Of a stretch of DNA of 64,000 nucleotides, positions 1 through 14,400 are shown piece after piece. Positions within the stretch are counted from its first letter, which is position 1. Every line of letters starts with the position of its first letter. The position numbers and the translations under genes were made by a program. The notes beneath the pieces were generated by a model, which saw nothing but the letters and a program-made list of their open reading frames with translations, ran no database searches and was not told the DNA's origin. Where the stretch lies: assembly GCA_964057225.1 (NCBI GenBank), contig OZ059894.1:4836001-4900000 (forward strand). The letters are read 5' to 3'. Source of the DNA: Auanema rhodensis (lineage: Eukaryota > Animalia > Nematoda).

Positions 1-3000
1 AACATACACTAATGCATCATTTTTCAAACGATCATAACTAATTTTTGTATCAAGCGTTTTTCAATGTAGTATAGTGCATTCGATGCGGATTTTTAAGCTG
101 CGTCGATCTGTGTTATCAGATTTGCGCTAGCTTAAAAATGCACCGAGATATCAACTGATACAAGTTCACACTTATATCCTCGATTTTCACCCTGAAGAAA
201 TAATTTTTTCGTTGAATAACTTTGTCCATCGTCTTTGCCTTGAAAAAAGGATTCTAAAAACATCTACTTTTTGCTAAATTATTTTGAAATTTTTCGAAAA
301 AATTTTTGTCAAAATGTTTTTGGAAGCAGTGTTGAGTGTACATGGAAACTCAACATACACTAATGCATCATTTTTCAAACGATCATAACTAATTTTTGTA
401 TTAAGCTTCTCTCAATGTAGTATAGTGCATTCGATGCGGATTTTTAAGCTGCGTCGATCTGTGTTATCAGATTTGCGCTAGCTTAAAAATGCACCGAGAT
501 ATCAACTGATATAAGTTCACACTTATATCCTCGATTTTCACCCTGAAGAAATAATTTTTTCGTTGAATAACATTGTCCATCGTCTTTGCCTTGAAAAAAG
601 GAATCTAAAAACATCTACTTTTTGCTAAATTATTTTGAAATTTTTCGAAAAAATTTTTGTCAAAATGTTTTTGGAAGCAATGTTGAGTGTACATGGAAAC
701 TCAACATACACTAATGCATCATTTTTCAAACGATCATAACTAATTTTTGTATCAAGCGTTTCTCAATGTAGTATAGTGCATTCGATGCGGATTTTTAAGC
801 TGCGTCGATCTGTGTTATCAGATTTGCGCTAGCTTAAAAATGCACCGAGATATCAACTGATATAAGTTCACACTTATATCCTCGATTTTCACCCTGAAGA
901 AATAATTTTTTCGTTGAATAACATTGTCCATCGTCTTTGCCTTGAAAAAAGGAATCTAAAAACATCTACTTTTTGCTAAATTATTATGAAATTTTTCGAA
1001 AAAATTTTTGTCAAAATGTTTTTGGAAGCAATGTTGAGTGTACATGGAAACTCAACATACACTAATGCATCATTTTTCAAACGATCATAACTAATTTTTG
1101 TATCAAGCGTTTCTCAATGTAGTATAGTGCATTCGATGCGGATTTTTAAGCTGCGTCGATCTGTGTTATCAGATTTGCGCTAGCTTAAAAATGCACCGAG
1201 ATATCAACTGATACAAGTTCACACTTATATCCTCGATTTTCACCCTGAAGAAAAATTTTTTTCGTTGAATAACATTGTCCATCGTCTTTGCCTTGAAAAA
1301 AGGAATCTAAAAAAAACTACTTTTTGCTAAAATATTTTGAAACTTTTCGAAAAAATTTTTGTCAAAATGTTTTTGGAAGCAATGTTGAGTGTACATGGAA
1401 ACTCAACATACACTAATGCATCATTTTTCAAACGATCATAACTAATTTTTGTATCAAGCGTTTCTCAATGTAGTATAGTGCATTCGATGCGGATTTTTAA
1501 GCTGCGTCGATCTGTGTTATCAGATTTGCGCTAGCTTAAAAATGCACCGAGATATCAACTGATACAAGTTCACACTTATATCCTCGATTTTCACTCTGAA
1601 GAAATAATTTTTTCGTTGAATAACATTGTCCATCGTCTTTGCCTTGAAACAAGGATTCTAAAAACATCTACTTTTTGCTAAATTATTTTGAAATTTTTCG
1701 AAAAAATTTTTGTCAAAATGTTTTTGGAAGCAATGTTGAGTGTACATGGAAACTCAACATACACTAATGCATCATTTTTCAAACGATCATAACTAATTTT
1801 TGTATCAAGCGTTTCTCAATGTAGTATAGTGCATTCGATGCGGATTTTTAAGCTGCGTCGATCTGTGTTATCAGATTTGCGCTAGCTTAAAAATGCACCG
1901 AGATATCAACTGATATAAGTTCACACTTATATCCTCGATTTTCACCCTGAAGAAATAATTTTTTCGTTGAATAACATTGTCCATCGTCTTTGCCTTGAAA
2001 AAAGGAATCTAAAAACATCTACTTTTTGCTAAATTATTTTGAAATTTTTCGAAAAAATTTTTGTCAAAATGTTTTTGGAAGCAATGTTGAGTGTACATGG
2101 AAACTCAACATACACTAATGCATCATTTTTCAAACGATCATAACTAATTTTTGTATCAAGCGTTTCTCAATGTAGTATAGTGCATTCGATGCGGATTTTT
2201 AAGTTGCGTCGATCTGTGTTATCAGATTTGCGCTAGCTTAAAAATGCACCGAGATATCAACTGATATAAGTTCACACTTATATCCTCGATTTTCACCCTG
2301 AAGAATTAATTTTTTCGTTGAATAACATTGTCTATCGTCTTTGCCTTGAGAAATGGAATCTAAAAACATCTACTTTTTGCTAAATTATTTTGAAATTTTT
2401 CGAAAAAATTTTTGTCAAAATGTTTTTGGAAGCAATGTTGAGTGTACATGGAAACTCAACATACACTAATGCATCATTTTTCAAACGATCATAACTAATT
2501 TTTGTATCAAGCGTTTCTCAATGTAGTATAGTGCATTCGATGCGGATTTTTAAGCTGCGTCGATCTGTGTTATCAGATTTGCGCTAGCTTAAAAATGCAC
2601 CGAGATATCAACTGATATAAGTTCACACATATATCCTCGATTTTCAACCTGAAGAATTAATTTTTTCGTTGAATAACATTGTCCATCGTCTTTGCCTTGA
2701 AAAATGGAATCTAAAAACAACTACTTTTTGCTAAATTATTTTGAAATTTTTCGAAAAAATTTTTGTCAAAATGTTTTTGGAAGCAGTGTTGAGTGTACAT
2801 GGAAACTCAACATACACTAATGCATCATTTTTCAAACGATCATAACTAGATTTTGTATCAAGCGTTTTTCAATGTAGTATAGTGCATTCGATGCGGATTT
2901 TTAAGCTGCGTCGATCTGTGTTATCAGATTTGCGCTAGCTTAAAAATGCACCGAGATATCAACTGATATAAGTTCACACTTATATCCTCGATTTTCACCC

Positions 3001-6000
3001 TGAAGAAATAATTTTTTCGTTGAATAACATTGTCCATCGTCTTTGCCTTGAAAAAAGGAATCTAAAAACATCTACTTTTTGCTAAATTATTTTGAAATTT
3101 TTCGAAAAAATTTTTGTCAAAATGTTTTTGGAAGCAATGTTGAGTGTACATGGAAACTCAACATACACTAATGCATCATTTTTCAAACGATCATAACTAG
3201 ATTTTGTATCAAGCGTTTCTCAATGTAGTATAGTGCATTCGATGCGGATTTTTAAGCTGCGTCGATCTGTGTTATCAGATTTGCGCTAGCTTAAAAATGC
3301 ACCGAGATATCAACTGATATAAGTTCACACTTATATCCTCGATTTTCACCCTGAAGAAATAATTTTTTCGTTGAATAACATTGTCCATCGTCTTTGCCTT
3401 GAAAAAAGGAATCTAAAAACATCTACTTTTTGCTAAATTATTTTGAAATTTTTCGAAAAAATTTTTGTCAAAATGTTTTTGGAAGCAATGTTGAGTGTAC
3501 ATGGAAACTCAACATACACTAATGCATCATTTTTCAAACGATCATAACTAATTTTTGTATCAAGAGTTTCTCAATGTAGTATAGTGCATTCGATGCGGAT
3601 TTTTAAGCTGCGTCGATCTGTGTTATCAGATTTGCGCTAGCTTAAAAATGCACCGAGATATCAACTGATATAAGTTCACACTTATATCCTCGATTTTCAC
3701 CCTGAAGAATTAATTTTTTCGTTGAATAACATTGTCTATCGTCTTTGCCTTGAGAAATGGAATCTAAAAACATCTACTTTTTGCTAAATTATTTTGAAAT
3801 TTTTCGAAAAAATTTTTGTCAAAATGTTTTTGGAAGCAATGTTGAGTGTACATGGAAACTCAACATACACTAATGCATCATTTTTCAAACGATCATAACT
3901 AATTTTTGTATCAAGCGTTTCTCAATGTAGTATAGTGCATTCGATGCGGATTTTTAAGCTGCGTCGATCTGTGTTATCAGATTTGCGCTAGCTTAAAAAT
4001 GCACCGAGATATCAACTGATATAAGTTCACACTTATATCCTCGATTTTCACCCTGAAGAAATAATTTTTTCGTTGAATAACATTGTCCATCGTCTTTGCC
4101 TTGAAAAAAGGAATCTAAAAACATCTACTTTTTGCTAAATTATTTTGAAATTTTTCGAAAAAATTTTTGTCAAAATGTTTTTGGAAGCAATGTTGAGTGT
4201 ACATGGAAACTCAACATACACTAATGCATCATTTTTCAAACGATCATAACTAATTTTTGTATCAAGCGTTTCTCAATGTAGTATAGTGCATTCGATGCGG
4301 ATTTTTAAGCTGCGTCGATCTGTGTTATCAGATTTGCGCTAGCTTAAAAATGCACCGAGATATCAACTGATATAAGTTCACACTTATATCCTCGATTTTC
4401 ACCCTGAAGAATTAATTTTTTCGTTGAATAACATTGTCCATCGTCTTTGCCTTGAAAAATGGAATCTAAAAACATCTACTTTTTGCTAAATTATTTTGAA
4501 ATTTTTCGAAAAAATTTTTGTCAAAATGTTTTTGGAAGCAATGTTGAGTGTACATGGAAACTCAACATACACTAATGCATCATTTTTCAAACGATCATAA
4601 CTAATTTTTGTATTAAGCGTTTTTCAATGTAGTATAGTGCATTCGATGCGGATTTTTAAGCTGCGTCGATCTGTGTTATCAGATTTGCGCTAGCTTAAAA
4701 ATGCACCGAGATATCAACTGATATAAGTTCACACTTATATCCTCGATTTTCATCCTGAAGAATTAATTTTTTCGTTGAATAACATTGTCCATCGTCTTTG
4801 CCTTGAAAAATCGAATCTAAAAACATCTACTTTTCGCTAAATTATTTTGAAATTTTTCGAAAAAATTTTTGTCAAAATGTTTTTGGAAGCAATGTTGAGT
4901 GTACATGGAAACTCAACATACACTAATGCATCATTTTTCAAACGATCATAACTAATTTTTGTATCAAGCGTTTTTCAATGTAGTATAGTGCATTCGATGC
5001 GGATTTTTAAGCTGCGTCGATCTGTGTTATCAGATTTGCGCTAGCTTAAAAATGCACCGAGATATCAACTGATACAAGTTCACACTTATATCCTCGATTT
5101 TCACCCTGAAGAAATAATTTTTTCGTTGAATAACTTTGTCCATCGTCTTTGCCTTGAAAAAAGGATTCTAAAAACATCTACTTTTTGCTAAATTATTTTG
5201 AAATTTTTCGAAAAAATTTTTGTCAAAATGTTTTTGGAAGCAGTGTTGAGTGTACATGGAAACTCAACATACACTAATGCATCATTTTTCAAACGATCAT
5301 AACTAATTTTTGTATTAAGCTTCTCTCAATGTAGTATAGTGCATTCGATGCGGATTTTTAAGCTGCGTCGATCTGTGTTATCAGATTTGCGCTAGCTTAA
5401 AAATGCACCGAGATATCAACTGATATAAGTTCACACTTATATCCTCGATTTTCACCCTGAAGAAATAATTTTTTCGTTGAATAACATTGTCCATCGTCTT
5501 TGCCTTGAAAAAAGGAATCTAAAAACATCTACTTTTTGCTAAATTATTTTGAAATTTTTCGAAAAAATTTTTGTCAAAATGTTTTTGGAAGCAATGTTGA
5601 GTGTACATGGAAACTCAACATACACTAATGCATCATTTTTCAAACGATCATAACTAATTTTTGTATCAAGCGTTTCTCAATGTAGTATAGTGCATTCGAT
5701 GCGGATTTTTAAGCTGCGTCGATCTGTGTTATCAGATTTGCGCTAGCTTAAAAATGCACCGAGATATCAACTGATATAAGTTCACACTTATATCCTCGAT
5801 TTTCACCCTGAAGAAATAATTTTTTCGTTGAATAACATTGTCCATCGTCTTTGCCTTGAAAAATCGAATCTAAAAACATCTACTTTTCGCTAAATTATTT
5901 TGAAATTTTTCGAAAAAATTTTTGTCAAAATGTTTTTGGAAGCAATGTTGAGTGTACATGGAAACTCAACATACACTAATGCATCATTTTTCAAACGATC

Positions 6001-9000
6001 ATAACTAATTTTTGTATCAAGCGTTTTTCAATGTAGTATAGTGCATTCGATGCGGATTTTTAAGCTGCGTCGATCTGTGTTATCAGATTTGCGCTAGCTT
6101 AAAAATGCACCGAGATATCAACTGATACAAGTTCACACTTATATCCTCGATTTTCACCCTGAAGAAATAATTTTTTCGTTGAATAACTTTGTCCATCGTC
6201 TTTGCCTTGAAAAAAGGATTCTAAAAACATCTACTTTTTGCTAAATTATTTTGAAATTTTTCGAAAAAATTTTTGTCAAAATGTTTTTGGAAGCAGTGTT
6301 GAGTGTACATGGAAACTCAACATACACTAATGCATCATTTTTCAAACGATCATAACTAATTTTTGTATTAAGCTTCTCTCAATGTAGTATAGTGCATTCG
6401 ATGCGGATTTTTAAGCTGCGTCGATCTGTGTTATCAGATTTGCGCTAGCTTAAAAATGCACCGAGATATCAACTGATATAAGTTCACACTTATATCCTCG
6501 ATTTTCACCCTGAAGAAATAATTTTTTCGTTGAATAACATTGTCCATCGTCTTTGCCTTGAAAAAAGGAATCTAAAAACATCTACTTTTTGCTAAATTAT
6601 TTTGAAATTTTTCGAAAAAATTTTTGTCAAAATGTTTTTGGAAGCAATGTTGAGTGTACATGGAAACTCAACATACACTAATGCATCATTTTTCAAACGA
6701 TCATAACTAATTTTTGTATCAAGCGTTTCTCAATGTAGTATAGTGCATTCGATGCGGATTTTTAAGCTGCGTCGATCTGTGTTATCAGATTTGCGCTAGC
6801 TTAAAAATGCACCGAGATATCAACTGATATAAGTTCACACTTATATCCTCGATTTTCACCCTGAAGAAATAATTTTTTCGTTGAATAACATTGTCCATCG
6901 TCTTTGCCTTGAAAAAAGGATTCTAAAAACATCTACTTTTTGCTAAATTATTTTGAAATTTTTCGAAAAAATTTTTGTCAAAATGTTTTTGGAAGCAGTG
7001 TTGAGTGTACATGGAAACTCAACATACACTAATGCATCATTTTTCAAACGATCATAACTAATTTTTGTATCAAGCGTTTCTCAATGTAGTATAGTGCATT
7101 CGATGCGGATTTTTAAGCTGCGTCGATCTGTGTTATCAGATTTGCGCTAGCTTAAAAATGCACCGAGATATCAACTGATATAAGTTCACACTTATATCCT
7201 CGATTTTCACCCTGAAGAATTAATTTTTTCGTTGAATAACATTGTCTATCGTCTTTGCCTTGAAAAATGGAATCCAAAAACATCTACTTTTTGCTAAATT
7301 ATTTTGAAATTTTTCGAAAAAATTTTTGTCAAAATGTTTTTGGAAGCAATGTTGAGTGTACATGGAAACTCAACATACATTAATGCATCATTTTTCAAAC
7401 GATCATAACTAATTTTTGTATCAAGCGTTTCTCAATGTAGTATAGTGCATTCGATGCGGATTTTTAAGCTGCGTCGATCTGTGTTATCAGATTTGCGCTA
7501 GCTTAAAAATGCACCGAGATATCAACTGATATAAGTTCACACTTATATCCTCCATTTTCACCCTGAAGAAATAATTTTTTCGTTGAATAACATTGTCCAT
7601 CGTCTTTGCCTTGAAGAAAGGAATCTAAAAACATCTACTTTTTGCTAAATTATTTTGAAATTTCTCGAAAAAATTTTTGTCAAAATGTTTTTGGAAGCAA
7701 TGTTGAGTGTACATGGAAACTCAACATAAACTAATGCATCATTTTTCAAACGATCATAACTAATTTTTGTATCAAGCGTTTCTCAATGTAGTATAGTGCA
7801 TTCGATGCGGATTTTTAAGCTGCGTCGATCTGTGTTATCAGATTTGCGCTAGCTTAAAAATGCACCGAGATATCAACTGATATAAGTTCACACTTATATC
7901 CTCGATTTTCACCCTGAAGAATTAATTTTTTCGTTGAATAACATTGTCCATCGTCTTTGCCTTGAAAAATGGAATCTAAAAACATCTACTTTTTGCTAAA
8001 TTATTTTGAAATTTTTCGAAAAAATTTTTGTCAAAATGTTTTTGGAAGCAATGTTGAGTGTACATGGAAACTCAACATACACTAATGCATCATTTTTCAA
8101 ACGATCATAACTAATTTTTGTATTAAGCGTTTTTCAATGTAGTATAGTGCATTCGATGCGGATTTTTAAGCTGCGTCGATCTGTGTTATCAGATTTGCGC
8201 TAGCTTAAAAATGCACCGAGATATCAACTGATATAAGTTCACACTTATATCCTCGATTTTCATCCTGAAGAATTAATTTTTTCGTTGAATAACATTGTCC
8301 ATCGTCTTTGCCTTGAAAAATCGAATCTAAAAACATCTACTTTTCGCTAAATTATTTTGAAATTTTTCGAAAAAATTTTTGTCAAAATGTTTTTGGAAGC
8401 AATGTTGAGTGTACATGGAAACTCAACATACACTAATGCATCATTTTTCAAACGATCATAACTAATTTTTGTATCAAGCGTTTTTCAATGTAGTATAGTG
8501 CATTCGATGCGGATTTTTAAGCTGCGTCGATCTGTGTTATCAGATTTGCGCTAGCTTAAAAATGCACCGAGATATCAACTGATACAAGTTCACACTTATA
8601 TCTTCGATTTTCACCCTGAAGAAATAATTTTTTCGTTGAATAACATTGTCCATCGTCTTTGCCTTGAAAAAAGGATTCTAAAAACATCTACTTTTTGCTA
8701 AATTATTTTGAAATTTTTCGAAAAAATTTTTGTCAAAATGTTTTTGGAAGCAATGTTGAGTGTACATGGAAACTCAACATACACTAATGCATCATTTTTC
8801 AAACGATCATAACTAATTTTTGTATCAAGCGTTTTTCAATGTAGTATAGTGCATTCGATGCGGATTTTTAAGCTGCGTCGATCTGTGTTATCAGATTTGC
8901 GCTAGCTTAAAAATGCACCGAGATATCAACTGATACAAGTTCACACTTATATCTTCGATTTTCACCCTGAAGAAATAATTTTTTCGTTGAATAACATTGT

Positions 9001-11439
9001 CCATCGTCTTTGCCTTGAAAAAAGGATTCTAAAAACATCTACTTTTTGCTAAATTATTTTGAAATTTTTCGAAAAAATTTTTGTCAAAATGTTTTTGGAA
9101 GCAGTGTTGAGTGTACATGGAAACTCAACATACACTAATGCATCATTTTTCAAACGATCATAACTAATTTTTGTATTAAGCTTCTCTCAATGTAGTATAG
9201 TGCATTCGATGCGGATTTTTAAGCTGCGTCGATCTGTGTTATCAGATTTGCGCTAGCTTAAAAATGCACCGAGATATCAACTGATATAAGTTCACACTTA
9301 TATCCTCGATTTTCACCCTGAAGAATTAATTTTTTCGTTGAATAACATTGTCTATCGTCTTTGCCTTGAAAAATGGAATCCAAAAACATCTACTTTTTGC
9401 TAAATTATTTTGAAATTTTTCGAAAAAATTTTTGTCAAAATGTTTTTGGAAGCAATGTTGAGTGTACATGGAAACTCAACATACATTAATGCATCATTTT
9501 TCAAACGATCATAACTAATTTTTGTATTAAGCGTTTCTCAATGTAGTATAGTGCATTCGATGCGGATTTTTAAGCTGCGTCGATCTGTGTTATCAGATTT
9601 GCGCTAGCTTAAAAATGCACCGAGATATCAACTGATATAAGTTCACACTTATATCCTCGATTTTCACCCTGAAGAATTAATTTTTTCGTTGAATAACATT
9701 GTCCATCGTCTTTGCCTTGAAAAATGGAATCTAAAAACATCTACTTTTTGCTAAATTATTTTGAAATTTTTCGAAAAAATTTTTGTCAAAATGTTTTTGG
9801 AAGCAATGTTGAGTGTACATGGAAACTCAACATACACTAATGCATCATTTTTCAAACGATCATAACTAATTTTTGTATTAAGCGTTTTTCAATGTAGTAT
9901 AGTGCATTCGATGCGGATTTTTAAGCTGCGTCGATCTGTGTTATCAGATTTGCGCTAGCTTAAAAATGCACCGAGATATCAACTGATATAAGTTCACACT
10001 TATATCCTCGATTTTCATCCTGAAGAATTAATTTTTTCGTTGAATAACATTGTCCATCGTCTTTGCCTTGAAAAATCGAATCTAAAAACATCTACTTTTC
10101 GCTAAATTATTTTGAAATTTTTCGAAAAAATTTTTGTCAAAATGTTTTTGGAAGCAATGTTGAGTGTACATGGAAACTCAACATACACTAATGCATCATT
10201 TTTCAAACGATCATAACTAATTTTTGTATCAAGCGTTTTTCAATGTAGTATAGTGCATTCGATGCGGATTTTTAAGCTGCGTCGATCTGTGTTATCAGAT
10301 TTGCGCTAGCTTAAAAATGCACCGAGATATCAACTGATACAAGTTCACACTTATATCCTCGATTTTCACCCTGAAGAAATAATTTTTTCGTTGAATAACA
10401 TTGTCCATCGTCTTTGCCTTGAAAAAAGGATTCTAAAAACATCTACTTTTTGCTAAATTATTTTGAAATTTTTCGAAAAAATTTTTGTCAAAATGTTTTT
10501 GGAAGCAGTGTTGAGTGTACATGGAAACTCAACATACACTAATGCATCATTTTTCAAACGATCATAACTAATTTTTGTATTAAGGTTCTCTCAATGTAGT
10601 ATAGTGCATTCGATGCGGATTTTTAAGCTGCGTCGATCTGTGTTATCAGATTTGCGCTAGCTTAAAAATGCACCGAGATATCAACTGATATAAGTTCACA
10701 CTTATATCCTCGATTTTCACCCTGAAGAAATAATTTTTTCGTTGAATAACATTGTCCATCGTCTTTGCCTTGAAAAAAGGAATCTAAAATATCTACTTTT
10801 TGCTAAATTATTTTGAAATTTTTCGAAAAAATTTTTGTCAAAATGTTTTTGGAAGCAATGTTGAGTGTACATGGAAACTCAACATACACTAATGCATCAT
10901 TTTTCAAACGATCATAACTAATTTTTGTATCAAGCGTTTCTCAATGTAGTATAGTGCATTCGATGCGGATTTTTAAGCTGCGTCGATCTGTGTTATCAGA
11001 TTTGCGCTAGCTTAAAAATGCACCGAGATATCAACTGATATAAGTTCACACTTATATCCTCGATTTTCACCCTGAAGAATTAATTTTTTCGTTGAATAAC
11101 ATTGTCCATCGTCTTTGCCTTGAAAAATGGAATCTAAAAACATCTACTTTTTGCTAAATTATTTTGAAATTTTTCGAAAAAATTTTTGTCAAAATGTTTT
11201 TGGAAGCAATGTTGAGTGTACATGGAAACTCAACATACACTAATGCATCATTTTTCAAACGATCATAACTAATTTTTGTATTAAGCGTTTTTCAATGTAG
11301 TATAGTGCATTCGATGCGGATTTTTAAGCTGCGTCGATCTGTGTTATCAGATTTGCGCTAGCTTAAAAATGCACCGAGATATCAACTGATACAAGTTCAC
11401 ACTTATATCCTCGATTTTCACCCTGAAGAAATAATTTTT

Positions 11440-14400
11440 TCGTTGAATAACATTGTCCATCGTCTTTGCCTTGAAAAAAGGATTCTAAAAACATCTACTT
11501 TTTGCTAAATTATTTTGAAATTTTTCGAAAAAATTTTTGTCAAAATGTTTTTGGAAGCAGTGTTGAGTGTACATGGAAACTCAACATACACTAATGCATC
11601 ATTTTTCAAACGATCATAACTAATTTTTGTTTTAAGCTTCTCTCAATGTAGTATAGTGCATTCGATGCGGATTTTTAAGCTGCGTCGATCTGTGTTATCA
11701 GATTTGCGCTAGCTTAAAAATGCACCGAGATATCAACTGATATAAGTTCACACTTATATCCTCGATTTTCACCCTGAAGAAATAATTTTTTCGTTGAATA
11801 ACATTGTCCATCGTCTTTGCCTTGAAAAAAGGAATCTAAAAACATCTACTTTTTGCTAAATTATTTTGAAATTTTTCGAAAAACTTTTTGTCAAAATGTT
11901 TTTGGAAGCAATGTTGAGTGTACATGGAAACTCAACATACACTAATGCATCATTTTTCAAACGATCATAACTAATTTTTGTATCAAGCGTTTCTCAATGT
12001 AGTATAGTGCATTCGATGCGGATTTTTAAGCTGCGTCGATCTGTGTTATCAGATTTGCGCTAGCTTAAAAATGCACCGAGATATCAACTGATATAAGTTC
12101 ACACTTATATCCTCGATTTTCACCCTGAAGAATTAATTTTTTCGTTGAATAACATTGTCCATCGTCTTTCCCTTGAAAAATGGAATCTAAAAACATCTAC
12201 TTTTTGCTAAATTATTTTGAAATTTTTCGAAAAAATTTTTGTCAAAATGTTTTTGGAAGCAATGTTGAGTGTACATGGTAACTCAACATACACTAATGCA
12301 TCATTTTTCAAACGATCATAACTAATTTTTGTATTAAGCGTTTTTCAATGTAGTATAGTGCATTCGATGCGGATTTTTAAGCTGCGTCGATCTGTGTTAT
12401 CAGATTTGCGCTAGCTTAAAAATGCACCGAGATATCAACTGATATAAGTTCACACTTATATCCTCGATTTTCATCCTGAAGAATTAATTTTTTCGTTGAA
12501 TAACATTGTCCATCGTCTTTGCCTTAAAAAATCGAATCTAAAAACATCTACTTTTCGCTAAATTATTTTGAAATTTTTCGAAAAAATTTTTGTCAAAATG
12601 TTTTTGGAAGCAATGTTGAGTGTACATGGAAACTCAACATACACTAATGCATCATTTTTCAAACGATCATAACTAATTTTTGTATCAAGCGTTTTTCAAT
12701 GTAGTATAGTGCATTCGATGCGGATTTTTAAGCTGCGTCGATCTGTGTTATCAGATTTGCGCTAGCTTAAAAATGCACCGAGATATCAACTGATACAAGT
12801 TCACACTTATATCCTCGATTTTCACCCTGAAGAAATAATTTTTTCGTTGAATAACATTGTCCATCGTCTTTGCCTTAAAAAAAGGATTCTAAAAACATCT
12901 ATTTTTTGCTAAATTATTTTGAAATTTTTCGAAAAAATTTTTGTCAAAATGTTTTTGGAAGCAATGTTGAGTGTACATGGAAACTCAACATACACTAATG
13001 CATCATTTTTCAAACGATCATAAGTAATTTTTGTTTTAAGCGTTTCTCAATGTAGTATAGTGCATTTGATGCGGATTTTTAAGCTGCGTCGATCTGTGTT
13101 ATCAGATTTGCGCTAGCTTAAAAATGCACCGAGATATCAACTGATATAAGTTCACACTTATATCCTCGATTTTCACCCTGAAGAATTAATTTTTTTGTTG
13201 AATAACATTGTCCATCGTCTTTGCCTTGTAAAAAGGAATCTAAAAACATCTACTTTTTGCTAAATTATTTTGAAATTTTTCGAAAAAATTTTTGTCAAAA
13301 TGTTTTTGGAAGCAGTGTTGAGTGTACATGGAAACTCAACATACACTAATGCATCATTTTTCAAACGATCATAACTAATTTTTGTATTAAGCGTTTCTCA
13401 ATGTAGTATAGTGCATTCGATGCGGATTTTTAAGCTGCGTCGATCTGTGTTATCAGATTTGCGCTAGCTTGAAAATGCACCGAGATATCAACAGATATAA
13501 GTTCACACTTATATCCTCGATTTTCACCCTGAAGAATTATTTTTTTCGTTGAATAACATTGTCCATCGTCTTTGCCTTGAAAAAAGGAATCTAAAAACAT
13601 CTACTTTTTGCTAAATTATTCTGAAATTTTTCGAAAAAATTTTTGTCAAAATGTTTTTGGAAGCAATGTTGAGTGTACATGGAAACTCAACATACACTAA
13701 TGCATCATTTTTCAAACGATCATAACTAATTTTTGTAATAAGCGTTTCTCAATGTAGTTTAGTGCATTCGATGCGGATTTTTAAGCTGCGTCGATCTGTG
13801 TTATCAGATTTGCGCTAGCTTAAAAATGCACCGAGATATCAACTGATATAAGTTCACACTTATATCCTCGATTTTCATCCTGAAGAATTAATTTTTTTGT
13901 TGAATAACATTGTCCATCGTCTTTGCCTTGAAAAAAGGATTCTGAAAACATCTACTTTTTGCTAAATTATTTTGAAATTTTTTGAAAAAATTTTTGTCAA
14001 AATGTTTTTGGAAGCAGTGTTGAGTGTACATGGAAACTCAACATACACTAATGCATCATTTTTCAAACGATCATAACTAATTTTTGTATTAAGCTTCTCT
14101 CAATGTAGTATAGTGCATTCGATGCGGATTTTTAAGCTGCGTCGATCTGTGTTATCAGATTTGCGCTAGCTTGAAAATGCACCGAGATATCAACTGATAT
14201 AAGTTCACACTTATATCCTCGATTTTCACCCTGAAGAATTAATTTTTTCGTTGAATAACAATGTCCATCGTCTTCGCCTTGAAAAAAGGAATCTAAAAAC
14301 ATTTTCTTTTTGCTAAATTATTTTGAAATTTCTCGAAAAAATTTTTGTCAAAATGTTTTTGGAAGCAATGTTGAGTGTACATGGAAACTCAACATACACT

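Noticed and set aside
66-90. tRNA/Pol III-like boxes (TAGTATAGTG, ATTCGATGC) in the monomer
   Set aside because: The A-like and B-like boxes are adjacent instead of 30-60 nt apart, the B box lacks its initial G, and no cloverleaf, 5S or SL RNA similarity is recognisable.
1-351. Monomer as an ancient dimer of ~175-bp subunits
   Set aside because: Only a weak echo was seen (TTTTC...ATAAC near 21-39 and 205-220). I could not align the halves by eye; a self dot-plot would be needed.
1-351. Identity with a known ~350-360 bp satellite (e.g. Drosophila 359-bp, Tribolium TCAST)
   Set aside because: Only the length is similar; I recognise no sequence match and cannot run a search.
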